This document shows positions 8,609 to 17,261 of a stretch of DNA of 19,165 nt, one piece after another (within the stretch, counting starts at the first letter, position 1; every line of letters starts with the position of its first letter). The position numbers were made by a program, and so were the translations under genes. Under the pieces are notes generated by a model. That model saw only the letters and a program-made list of their open reading frames with translations, did no database searches and had not been told where the DNA came from. Origin of the DNA: Chamaesiphon sp. GTDB lineage: Bacteria > Cyanobacteriota > Cyanobacteriia > Cyanobacteriales > Chamaesiphonaceae. The stretch spans positions 1 through 19,165 of the forward strand of contig CBDFFH010000050.1 of NCBI GenBank assembly GCA_965246715.1, given 5' to 3'.

Positions 8609-8989
8609 CGCGCGACTCCCACTATTATCTGTAAATCGATTGTCATAAGAATATCCGCACAGTCTAGGTGACTGAGACCGCGATCGCCGCCATAGTGCTA
8701 CACCAATTATATATTTTTATTAGCTCGCGCAGCGTCTCCCCCTAGGAGAATCACAAATCCGCATCGATCGCTGTGATAAATTTAGTTGCGATGCTTTGGT
8801 GCCGATATTCCGATCGATATTCGCCAACAATTCATCATGCTTGCTCTACGTCCGTTAGAAAATTATCGATATAAATTAAGCCATCAACTTCCGGAAAAGT
8901 TCGTTCTTGCATATCCTAATCGGTAAGGCTAATTTTAGAAATGGTAGCCGATCGAACTATTGTAGCTTTGATTTGAATATTCACATATT

Positions 8990-9018
8990 AAAAAACCCTA
9001 AACTAACAATTTAGGGTT
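8990..9018 (-). terminator. Intrinsic terminator of the cpc operon
   Basis: Minus strand AACCCTAAA-ttgttag-TTTAGGGTT followed by a T run. A second small hairpin CAGCACG/CGTGCTG lies at 9033-9052. Confidence 0.7.
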
Positions 9019-9076
9019 CTGATGTAAACTATCAGCACGATTAGCCGTGCTGGAGATCGCTAGATCGATCTTAGTT

Positions 9077-9358
9077 TTATTTGTTAGGCGATCCGCCTTG
9101 GTGGTTTGATGGAGCTTGTTGTGAGGCTGCATTTAAAGGATGAATGCTAACAATTTTTCCACCCAAACGCACGATCCGTTGCATGGTTTCGTTCATGCGA
9201 TCGAGCGGAACTTGCATAAATGTATTGCTACTAATGCGAATTTGATGCTCGCAGCGATCTGTTTCTGCGTTCTGTTGCAATCCACTAACTTCATACACAA
9301 AGATCCGATTGTTTGAAGTAGTCACCGATCCTCTGGAAAATGCTGATTGTCCTAACAT
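9077..9358 (-). CDS. cpcD: Phycocyanin rod-capping linker CpcD
   Basis: NRIFVYEVSGL...VPLDRMNETMQRIVRLGGKIVSIHPL CpcD domain; last gene of the cpc operon. Confidence 0.93.
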   Translation of the reverse strand: MLGQSAFSRGSVTTSNNRIFVYEVSGLQQNAETDRCEHQIRISSNTFMQVPLDRMNETMQRIVRLGGKIVSIHPLNAASQQAPSNHQGGSPNK

Positions 9359-9389
9359 TGTTGGTTTCTCCGATGTATTAGGAATTTAG

Positions 9390-9478
9390 GAAAAGGGAAA
9401 AGGCGAAAGGCGAAAGGGGTTAGCTTGAGTGAATAGTGAACGAGAGCAATTCCCTCATTCACTGTTCACTGTTCACTA
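9390..9478. repeat. Heptamer tandem repeats (GAAAGGC; TTCACTG) forming an intercistronic stem-loop between cpcC and cpcD
   Basis: gaaaagggaaaaggcgaaaggcgaaagg; AGTGAATAGTGAAC (9428-41) can pair with GTTCACTGTTCACT (9464-77). Confidence 0.6.
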
Positions 9479-9480
9479 AT

Positions 9481-10353
9481 TTATTGAGCGAGTGTGACGC
9501 TAGCGATTTTGCCACCGATTTTATTAATCTGTTGCAGGGTGCTAGATAACTGCTCGTAAGGCACGATGTATTCCTTATTGACGCGCCGGACGCGAGGATA
9601 GCGTGGGAGATTGGCACTGGCGACCTCGATCCGATAGAGTCGTGAAGACTCGCCCTGAATCGATCGACCGAAGGTACGATTGGGCATGGTACCGCGCTCG
9701 GAAGGTTGATAACCAAATCCATCATTTGTCCCACCAGAAGGCGGGATGACTGCGGAAGTGTCATTGCGTCCGAGTTCGGAGGCTAACCGTGATTTATTGC
9801 CAGCTACCTGAGAGCTATCGCTATTGGCATAGCCGCGATAGAGCTGGAACATCCGAGGAAATCCGGCCATTTTTTGTCCGGTTTGGGTCGAAAATCCCCG
9901 ATAATAAGGGACGATCGAGTCGCCAAAGCTGGATTCGTATTCAGCAGAATCGATATAGGAATCGATATCTGCTTCAAAACCGGCGTTTTGATAACGATCG
10001 AGATGCTCGATTACTTCTGACTCATCGTAGGGCGCGCGTCCGAGTAAATGTTTGAAGTTTAGTTCGATCGCGCGTGTTTGAAAACTGGAATAAAAGAATT
10101 TATTTTTATATAATTCCGACTTAGCTACACCCCGCACGAAATCGCGCACGGTAATTTTACCGTTGCAGAGCAAGGATTCGAGCGCTATTAAACGTTCGGC
10201 TGTCATCAGGTAGTCATTACCTAAGATCTGACGGTAAACGGCACGGATAACTGCTTGAGCGTCGGCTGATGAAAAGTTGTTCCGTAATTCGATCGGGCTG
10301 GAGTTGCTATAAGCACTCGTACCCAATCGCGAAGCTGCTGTTGTAATTGCCAC
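9481..10353 (-). CDS. cpcC: Phycocyanin-associated rod linker (CpcC / CpcI2-like), 290 aa
   Basis: GTG at 10353 with AGGAGA SD upstream gives the canonical (M)[11 protein letters not shown] start. PBS linker domain ([21 protein letters not shown]) and a C-terminal CpcD-like domain. Confidence 0.93.
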   Translation of the reverse strand: MAITTAASRLGTSAYSNSSPIELRNNFSSADAQAVIRAVYRQILGNDYLMTAERLIALESLLCNGKITVRDFVRGVAKSELYKNKFFYSSFQTRAIELNFKHLLGRAPYDESEVIEHLDRYQNAGFEADIDSYIDSAEYESSFGDSIVPYYRGFSTQTGQKMAGFPRMFQLYRGYANSDSSQVAGNKSRLASELGRNDTSAVIPPSGGTNDGFGYQPSERGTMPNRTFGRSIQGESSRLYRIEVASANLPRYPRVRRVNKEYIVPYEQLSSTLQQINKIGGKIASVTLAQ

Positions 10354-10503
10354 TGGGGATTCTCCTGGGATTAGTGGGAGGTTTGGAGAGGGGGAGAGGG
10401 GAAGAGGGGGTGAAAAGGATCGGAAGTGTATAGATAGCAATTTCTTCACTAATCTGTTACTTCTTACTCCGTGTCTCCGACTTTACCCCTCTCGCACACC
10501 CGA

Positions 10504-11322
10504 TTAGGCGCAGGCAATATCGACGATCCGACTACCGCGCTGGTTGAGTCGTTGGAGAGTGGAATTGAGTTGTTCGTAGCTGACGATGTACTCACTCACA
10601 CTCCGGCGAATTTGGGTGGTGCGATTGCTAGCAGCTTGTGTGAAGCGCACGCGATACAATTGTCCGCGTTCGCCTTTGGTAGTACCACCCAAACCTTTGC
10701 CAAAATTAGGCGTGCGGATCGGCGATGGTAAGTTAGCTGCTAAATCTTGGGTGAGCGCCGCAGATTTATTATTGCCCTGCGCGCGATCGCTATTGGCATA
10801 ACCGCGATAAAGTTGGAACATCCGATTAAAACCGATGTTTGTTTGACCGCGTTGGGTCGCAAAGCCGCGATAGTAAGGGACGATCGAGTCGCCAAAATTA
10901 TCTTGATATTCGTTGGAATCTAGGTAAGAATTAATTTCTGCTTCATACCCATGTTCGCTAAACAGATTTACATGGTAGGTAATTTCTGCTTCATCGACAG
11001 GCGCGCGTCCGAGTAGATGCTTACAATTTAGCTCGATAAATCGCACTTGAGGAGTGGAGTAAAAAAACTTATTCCGATATAACTCCGATTGTGCTAGCGC
11101 ACGCACAAATTCACGCACACTGAGATCGCCCTGACGCAGCAGCGACTCAGCACTGCGTAAGCGTTCGCTCTCCATGATGTGGTCGTTGCCAAATACCTGG
11201 CGGTAAGCAGCCCAAATTGCGGCTTGCAGGTCGCTCTCCGATCGATGGATGCGTAATTCCACTGGCGCATTGCCAGCAAATGGCTCAAATCCTAATTGCG
11301 TAGCCGTCGTAGAACTTGTCAT
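10504..11322 (-). CDS. cpcC: Phycocyanin-associated rod linker (CpcC2 / CpcH2-like), 272 aa
   Basis: [15 protein letters not shown]...[18 protein letters not shown]...KHLLGRAP...[10 protein letters not shown]-terminal CpcD-like domain. Confidence 0.93.
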   Translation of the reverse strand: MTSSTTATQLGFEPFAGNAPVELRIHRSESDLQAAIWAAYRQVFGNDHIMESERLRSAESLLRQGDLSVREFVRALAQSELYRNKFFYSTPQVRFIELNCKHLLGRAPVDEAEITYHVNLFSEHGYEAEINSYLDSNEYQDNFGDSIVPYYRGFATQRGQTNIGFNRMFQLYRGYANSDRAQGNNKSAALTQDLAANLPSPIRTPNFGKGLGGTTKGERGQLYRVRFTQAASNRTTQIRRSVSEYIVSYEQLNSTLQRLNQRGSRIVDIACA

Positions 11323-11390
11323 AAGTTTAATTCCTTAAATTTAGTAACTAGTAACTAGTTACTAACGTTTTAGTTGTCAATAACTGGATA

Positions 11391-11464
11391 AAAACAACAA
11401 GTCCCAGAATCACAGCATATTCAACCGACCACTTTGGCTAGCAAAACATCCTGTTATTCTGGGA
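11391..11464 (-). terminator. Stem-loop / partial terminator downstream of cpcA
   Basis: 20-bp imperfect stem 11402-11421 with 11445-11464 (TCCCAGAAT.ACAG.AT.TT), followed on the minus strand by CTTGTTGTTTT. Confidence 0.65.
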
Positions 11465-11478
11465 AGCTCAAAGAGCGA

Positions 11479-11967
11479 TTAGCTCAATGCGTTGATGGCA
11501 TAGTCGATGTAGGAATTAGCTTCTACAGCCGCATCGCCAGACAAACCGTGGTTGGCTTTGATGTGCTTGAGCGCTTCAACGTACCAGCTAGGGGAGAGGT
11601 CGAAAGTCGCATTGATTTCAGCCAAACCACCAATGAGGTAGTCATCCATTGGGCCAGTGCTACCAGCAACTAGACAGTAGGAGATCATCCGAATGTAGTA
11701 GCCGATATCGCGGACGCACTTAGCTTTACCAGCGGGGGTAGAAGCAAAGTTATTCCCTTGCATGGAAGTCGTGTAGGGAAATTTTTGGTAAACAGCATTT
11801 GCTGCACCGTCAGCGAGGGATTTAGCTTTGGAACTCAGACCTTTGGCAGCATCTAAGCTAGCCGCAGCTTGACGGAAGCGACCAAAAGCGACTTGGAGTT
11901 CGGTGCTGCTCAGGAAACGACCTTGAGAATCAGCGGTAGCGACGGCTTCGGTTAAAGGAGTTTTCAT
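11479..11967 (-). CDS. cpcA: C-phycocyanin alpha subunit
   Basis: 162 aa, [19 protein letters not shown], chromophore Cys84 in KAKCVRD, ends DYAINALS. Confidence 0.98.
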   Translation of the reverse strand: MKTPLTEAVATADSQGRFLSSTELQVAFGRFRQAAASLDAAKGLSSKAKSLADGAANAVYQKFPYTTSMQGNNFASTPAGKAKCVRDIGYYIRMISYCLVAGSTGPMDDYLIGGLAEINATFDLSPSWYVEALKHIKANHGLSGDAAVEANSYIDYAINALS

Positions 11968-12028
11968 AGTTTACTTAGCTGTTGTAATATTAGCGATCTG
12001 CAAAAAATTTGAATTGAAACAGAGCGAA

Positions 12029-12547
12029 TTAACCGACTGCACTAGCAGCACGATCGAAGTAAGAGCCTAATTCAGCCATCAGGGAGCTACAGTCGCCTTT
12101 GGTGATACCGTTGGGGTCGTTAGCGATCGCAATTGCGGCATCTTTCATTTTGCCGATACCAGTAGCTACGGAACCACCAGGAACGCCGAGCGCAACATAA
12201 GTTTCCCGTAAGCCATTCAAGCACCGATCGTCTAATACGCTTGCATCGCCAGCGAAGACCGCATAAGTGACATAGCGGAGGATGATTTCCATGTCGCGTA
12301 AGCAAGCAGCCATGCGACGGTTGGTATAAGCATTACCACCAGGAGCGATCAGTTGGGGTTGGTCGGCAAATAACGACCGAGCAGCGTTAGCAACAATCGC
12401 GGAAGAGTTACCAGTGATGCGGTTGACTACATCAATTCGCTTGGAACCTTCGGCAACCATATTTTTCAAGGCATCAATTTGACTATCGCTGACAAATTCG
12501 CCACGAGCATCGCCTTGAGCGACTACTTTAGTAAAAGCATCTAACAT
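12029..12547 (-). CDS. cpcB: C-phycocyanin beta subunit
   Basis: 172 aa, PGGNAY (Asn72), RRMAACLRD (Cys82), GDCSSL (Cys153); AGGAGA SD upstream. Confidence 0.98.
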   Translation of the reverse strand: MLDAFTKVVAQGDARGEFVSDSQIDALKNMVAEGSKRIDVVNRITGNSSAIVANAARSLFADQPQLIAPGGNAYTNRRMAACLRDMEIILRYVTYAVFAGDASVLDDRCLNGLRETYVALGVPGGSVATGIGKMKDAAIAIANDPNGITKGDCSSLMAELGSYFDRAASAVG

Positions 12548-12861
12548 GGAACAATCTCCTACATCATCGAACAGGATTTAATCTAAAGGTTCAAAAGTCG
12601 ATCGGTGACTTAGCATCGTCCACTCAAGCTAGGACACATTAATAAAAACAAGTCGGATTGAAATTTACAACATCTCTAATTCATGAGATCTAAAAATACG
12701 ATTCCAACCTTGATTTAGTTGACGTGAAAGTTAACAGAGTTTGACTACAGACTCAATCGATAATCTTTATATCCCAATTAAGTTATATAGAGATCGATCG
12801 AATAAATTGAGTTCTTAGTGTTTCACTATTCAGGAATTCAATTTCTTTTGAACCACGTTTG

Positions 12862-12895
12862 ATTAAAGCAATTTAGTCGTGCAATATTTGTGCAA
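12862..12895 (-). promoter_or_regulatory. L-box (RcaC site) plus putative extended -10 of the cpcB promoter
   Basis: Minus strand TTGCACA-AATA-TTGCACG (12895-12878), 10-bp spacer ending TGC, then TTTAAT (12867-12862). Confidence 0.8.
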
Positions 12896-13080
12896 ATATT
12901 CTCGACCTCCCTGAAAAATTGATTAAGAAATGTTGCCAAATTGAGAGATGTCTATTTGGCAAGCTTTTCAGCCAGTCGATCCCGTGGCTTCTGTCGATCG
13001 AATGCAACAATTCATTTACATTCGGTTATATTTGTTCATTAATAATCGGCGATTGTGAATATACGTTATATTCTCTCGCT

Positions 13081-13114
13081 CTGCACAAAATTTGCACGAT
13101 CGATTGCTTAGAGT
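13081..13114 (+). promoter_or_regulatory. L-box (RcaC site) plus putative -10 of the pcyA promoter
   Basis: CTGCACA-AAAT-TTGCACG (13081-13098), 10-bp spacer, TAGAGT (13109-13114), 30 bp before the pcyA ATG. Confidence 0.75.
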
Positions 13115-13143
13115 TGAGCAATTTAACCACATACATAATTTAC

Positions 13144-13878
13144 ATGGAAGGATCGTTACGCAGTAAACAATATCCATTAATTAGAAAGTTGGCCGATCGG
13201 ATCGAACAGGTGTGGCAACAATATCTCGATTTAGCCCCTTATCAAATTCCCGCCGATTTAGGCTATATCGAAGGTGCCCTCGAAGGCGAACGCCTAGTGA
13301 TTGAAAATCGATGCTACCAAACGCTCCAATTTCGGAAACTGCATCTGGAACTCGCCCAAGTTGGTAACACCCTAGATATTTTGCACTGTGTAATGTTTCC
13401 CAATCCTGGCTATGCGCTGCCGATATTTGGTACGGATATAGTCTCGGGAAAAGGGGGAGTTAGTGCGGCGATCGTCGATTTATCTCCGGTAACTGCCGAT
13501 CGCTCGTTGCCACAGACTTATCGATCGCGACTAGCCGAACTCGATCTGCACGAGTTTGCTCAACCCCGCGATCTACCACAATGGGGTGATATTTTTTCGG
13601 ATTATTGCTTATTTGTGCGGCCGATCGATGCGTCAGAGGAAGCAGCTTTTGTCGATCGCGTTGAGGAATTTCTCTCGATTCACTGTCAAATTGCTATTCG
13701 CACCCAACCAGTGACAGAGTGGGAACAGATTGCGAAGATCTTAGCCGGACAGCGAAATTATTGCGATCGTCAACAACAGAACGATAAAACTCGCCGAGTG
13801 TTAGAAAAATCCTTTGGCACTGAATGGACCGATCGCTATATGACTAACATGTTATTTGACTACGCCGCTAAACACTAA
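13144..13878 (+). CDS. pcyA: Phycocyanobilin:ferredoxin oxidoreductase, 244 aa
   Basis: [12 protein letters not shown]...[33 protein letters not shown] (Glu76 equivalent), [10 protein letters not shown] (His88), FGTDIV (Asp105), [19 protein letters not shown] 13144 preferred to TTG 12919. Confidence 0.96.
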   Translation: MEGSLRSKQYPLIRKLADRIEQVWQQYLDLAPYQIPADLGYIEGALEGERLVIENRCYQTLQFRKLHLELAQVGNTLDILHCVMFPNPGYALPIFGTDIVSGKGGVSAAIVDLSPVTADRSLPQTYRSRLAELDLHEFAQPRDLPQWGDIFSDYCLFVRPIDASEEAAFVDRVEEFLSIHCQIAIRTQPVTEWEQIAKILAGQRNYCDRQQQNDKTRRVLEKSFGTEWTDRYMTNMLFDYAAKH

Positions 13879-13955
13879 AATAGCGATCGAACAATAACTT
13901 TCATTACGTCGAACGGTCTAGGTCGCGTGGGTTCAGTGTTGGGGGAGGTCATCGA

Positions 13956-14981
13956 TTAATTTGGTATCATTGCTACCTTAATCACCTTACGCTCCTTCAT
14001 ATCCTCAAATGTCTGCGCTAAATCTGCCAGCGGACGACGATCGCTAATTAAGAGTTCAAACGGAACTTGTCTGCTAGCTAGCAATGCGAGCGCAGCACGA
14101 ACGCGATCGGGCGTATTGTGAAAGACCCCTTTGAGCGTTAGTTCACTATAGTGTAGCCTGTCGGTATTGACACTAATCGTTGTATGCTTCGGACAGCCAC
14201 CGAATAAATTGATTGTTGCACCCGGACGACCGCAGGCGATCGCGGTTTCCCAGACGCTCGGTACTCCCGTTGCCTCGATGACGATATCCGCACCCCAGCC
14301 TTCGGTTAAATCCCGCACAGTACTAGGAATATCGCGCTGACGATAATTCCAAGTGCGATCTGCTCCTAATTTTTCGCCCACTGCCAACCGCGAATCGTTA
14401 CCGCCAAACAGCCACACCGAGCGACATCGACCCGCTAGTACTGCGACAAACATCAACCCGATCGCGCCATCGCCGATAATAACTACTCTAGAATCAGGGG
14501 TGTAATTACTTCGCGCTACACCATGTAAAACGCAAGCCAATGGCTCGGTCATCGCAGCCAGAGCCGGGTCGAGCGCATCGGGGAGCTTGAGGAGATTGTA
14601 TGTGACGATCGGGGCTGGAATTCTGAGATACTGGGCGAAGGTGCCGTTATTCCAGGTAATATTCGGACAGAGGGAGTATTCCTGACGCTCACAAAAGAAA
14701 CAATTAAAGCACGGGGCAGAGTTATTTGCGACCACTCGATCGCCGATCTGCCAATCGGTCACACTTGCACCCACTGCGATAATCTTACCCGCTCCTTCAT
14801 GTCCGAAGATCGTGGGTGGCTTCAGCATTTTGGCATGTCCGCCGCGCCGCCAGACTTTGAGATCTGTACCGCAAGTAGTTGCGGCGGCGATTTCGACGAT
14901 TACTTCTCCTGGTGCCGGTTGAGGGATATCGAGGGTTTCGAGGCGAAGATCTTCTTTACCGTAGAGGAGGGCTGCAAGCAC
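13956..14981 (-). CDS. Zinc-dependent alcohol/polyol dehydrogenase (MDR family)
   Basis: Catalytic Zn CGTD and GHEGAG, structural Zn CFNCFFC...C, Rossmann GDGAIG. Confidence 0.92.
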   Translation of the reverse strand: MLAALLYGKEDLRLETLDIPQPAPGEVIVEIAAATTCGTDLKVWRRGGHAKMLKPPTIFGHEGAGKIIAVGASVTDWQIGDRVVANNSAPCFNCFFCERQEYSLCPNITWNNGTFAQYLRIPAPIVTYNLLKLPDALDPALAAMTEPLACVLHGVARSNYTPDSRVVIIGDGAIGLMFVAVLAGRCRSVWLFGGNDSRLAVGEKLGADRTWNYRQRDIPSTVRDLTEGWGADIVIEATGVPSVWETAIACGRPGATINLFGGCPKHTTISVNTDRLHYSELTLKGVFHNTPDRVRAALALLASRQVPFELLISDRRPLADLAQTFEDMKERKVIKVAMIPN

Positions 14982-15086
14982 GACATCACCAGAGATAACA
15001 ACATTCGATCGGCGATCTACTCATCGGGACGATCGAGTCGCCACAGAGATGCCGTTAGCATTATAGAAAACTTTGCGATCGAATGT

Positions 15087-15926
15087 TTAGCTAGATCGCA
15101 CCGATCGATATTCACCAGCTGCGAGATCGCGCGATCGATAATCACGACAGCCTTCGCAAGTATCCACCCCAGGGTTCACAGCACAACGGAGAAAGAGGGA
15201 ATGTGCGTTGTATTCACAAGTCAGATCGCCGATCCCGTCGGGTTCGTCATCATCATCGAGCGCGCCATAACGTTGGAGATCGGAGTAAGTAACGATAAAT
15301 TCGCTCTCTTCCTCATCCTCGACTAAACCAGCGGGTAGATTTTGTCCGTTAGTCCGGCGAGAAGTGCGAATTTGGGCGATGCGATCGACTCGCAATCTGC
15401 GCACGGCACTCCATGATTCTTCATCGATAATTTGGTGATGTTCGCGGCCTAAAAAATTCAGATCTTGTAAGTCTTGAATCGATAAATTTGGCGATCGAGA
15501 TCGAATCAACACCTGTAATTCAGTAATCAGGCGCAAGCGTTCCGATCGAGATTGTGAAGCTGCAAGGCGTAATTGCGATCGGACGGAGCGTAGTCTCGAA
15601 AATGTTGAGATCGGCTGGCGCTCAAAATAGTCCGAATCAGCTGGTTTGGATTGCCAAGACGAAGTAAATTTTGCCCCGAGTCTTTGCAGCCACATGCCGA
15701 TCGCGATCGCCCCACCGAGGATGAAGACGATCGCCCAACCACACATAGTCCCAATCGCGCCGCCGAAAATCCCAGCTAGGACAATCGACATCGCAATAAA
15801 TGCCAAGGTTCTAAGCGCTCGCAATCTCAGGCACAATAGGATGATGATGCCGAATAATAACCAACCAAAGATCTGTTTGAGCTTTCGTTTATCGATCGCA
15901 ATAAATGATTTACGGTTAAATTTCAT
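15087..15926 (-). CDS. Membrane protein with C-terminal DUF6464-like Cys-rich domain
   Basis: Hydrophobic N-terminal segments; C-terminal GIGDLTCEYNAHSLFLRCAVNPG.D.CEGCRDY matches the cyanobacterial DUF6464 pattern as I recall it. Confidence 0.7.
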   Translation of the reverse strand: MKFNRKSFIAIDKRKLKQIFGWLLFGIIILLCLRLRALRTLAFIAMSIVLAGIFGGAIGTMCGWAIVFILGGAIAIGMWLQRLGAKFTSSWQSKPADSDYFERQPISTFSRLRSVRSQLRLAASQSRSERLRLITELQVLIRSRSPNLSIQDLQDLNFLGREHHQIIDEESWSAVRRLRVDRIAQIRTSRRTNGQNLPAGLVEDEEESEFIVTYSDLQRYGALDDDDEPDGIGDLTCEYNAHSLFLRCAVNPGVDTCEGCRDYRSRDLAAGEYRSVRSS

Positions 15927-16678
15927 CGATCGATCTAAACTTCGTAGTTAAAATTGTTTTGCTGATTGAAAATGTGCTGGCTCGGACGTTTGAGTACGAG
16001 GATCGACCAAAATTTAGCTATTCTTATCGATCGAGCGACTGCTGTTGATAATCGCAGTAATGATGCATACAAGGGTTGCCGAGCTAGAGTTTGTCCAACA
16101 ACTGCGATGTTGGTTCGCCAGTCGTGACTGTCAGATCGATCGGGATGTCTCCGCTTTAATTGGAACTCAGCTAGCGGCGATATATCTATTGTAGAGGAAA
16201 TCAATCCACCCGAACGCCTTGTCACCTGTCTTGTCTCTCTTCCCCGATTGGGCTTCTCGAACAGCGATAATGGCTGCAACTGCGATCTATTTTGGGTGCG
16301 GACGATCGCATCACTAACAAAGTTCTAAAAACGATCGACGAGATTGTCATCGAACATCGCTAGAAGTTTGGTTGGGCGACACATCGAGCGATTTGCACCG
16401 CAATTTTTGTAGCTAAAAATATCTCAATTCACGCGATTGCCTTTGCGCACTCATAACAACACGATATAATATAAAGTTTAAGGTCGCTAACATCGGTTGC
16501 AGACCCAGACTTGAGATCGCTAAAAACAGCGATGTCACGGGAACGGCACGCAGGGGATCGCCGTTGCGAATCGATCGATGATTGTTTTATTCGCACAGCA
16601 GTGATACAGCCGAAGCGACACCTAAACTCATCGATGTCTGATAAAATTACTGCTCTACACATTCATTGTGCGATTTTT

Positions 16679-17065
16679 ATGAACGAAAAGAAAGTAGAAG
16701 ATCCTAAATTGGTGATAGTTTACTTTGCCAATGGCACCGTACAGTGGGTGAAATCCGGTAGCACCAATCAGTGGTCTAGGGATGGGGGTAGGGTAAATAA
16801 ATTTTTTGAGAGTAGGGTCTACCATAACGACAAAGGCGAAAAAGTTAAGATCAAACAGCACTTTAAATTGCTGAATACGGTGTTTATGGATGTAGGCTCT
16901 GGTGCGTTTTTGGACACGACGCGCGAAGATCTACTCGGATTGCTGCCCGATCCTAACGATCTCATCCAACATTGTAAATGGTGGGATGTTGATTGGTCTT
17001 GTCCGATCGTCTTCGAGCCAAAACCAGAGCGTAAGCCACTCAAAAGCCCCGTCATCAAAAATTAG
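16679..17065 (+). CDS. Hypothetical protein (~128 aa; start uncertain, ATG 16634 also possible)
   Basis: Open frame with globular, protein-like composition from MNEKKVEDPKLVIVYFANG onward. The upstream part of the 184-aa ORF looks non-coding. Confidence 0.6.
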   Translation: MNEKKVEDPKLVIVYFANGTVQWVKSGSTNQWSRDGGRVNKFFESRVYHNDKGEKVKIKQHFKLLNTVFMDVGSGAFLDTTREDLLGLLPDPNDLIQHCKWWDVDWSCPIVFEPKPERKPLKSPVIKN

Positions 17066-17261
17066 TCCCGCGCGCGATCGAGCCTAATAATGATGAGATT
17101 TAAGTGTTAGCGGCGACTAATTATCTCAAAATTTTTCATTCGTCAGTGCTATGGGTCTAGTCCTGCCGATCGAGCAGCATCGCTGATGTTAAGATCCGCT
17201 CTGCTGCTTTGCGATCGATGTCCCTTACTCTCCCGCTCTCCAGCAACACAAGTCAGCTAAA

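Noticed and set aside
10354..10449. Pro/Ser-rich N-terminal extension of the CpcC linker
   Set aside because: It is translation of an intergenic repeat tract; GTG 10353 has an SD and the canonical N-terminus.
1003..11364. Tandem heptamers and palindromes as a possible CRISPR array
   Set aside because: No 25-40 bp repeats with regular unique spacers, and no cas genes.
12919..13143. 75-aa N-terminal extension of PcyA from TTG 12919
   Set aside because: Not PcyA-like, runs through the L-box/-10 promoter region, and ATG 13144 gives a normal-length protein.
14799..15326. 175-aa plus-strand ORF and other antisense or overlapping ORFs in the track
   Set aside because: Shadow frames of well-supported genes with no motifs.
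17167..17218. Hairpin between the convergent hypothetical and ABC genes as a terminator
   Set aside because: Only a 7-bp core stem with a long loop and no clear U tract; too weak to call.
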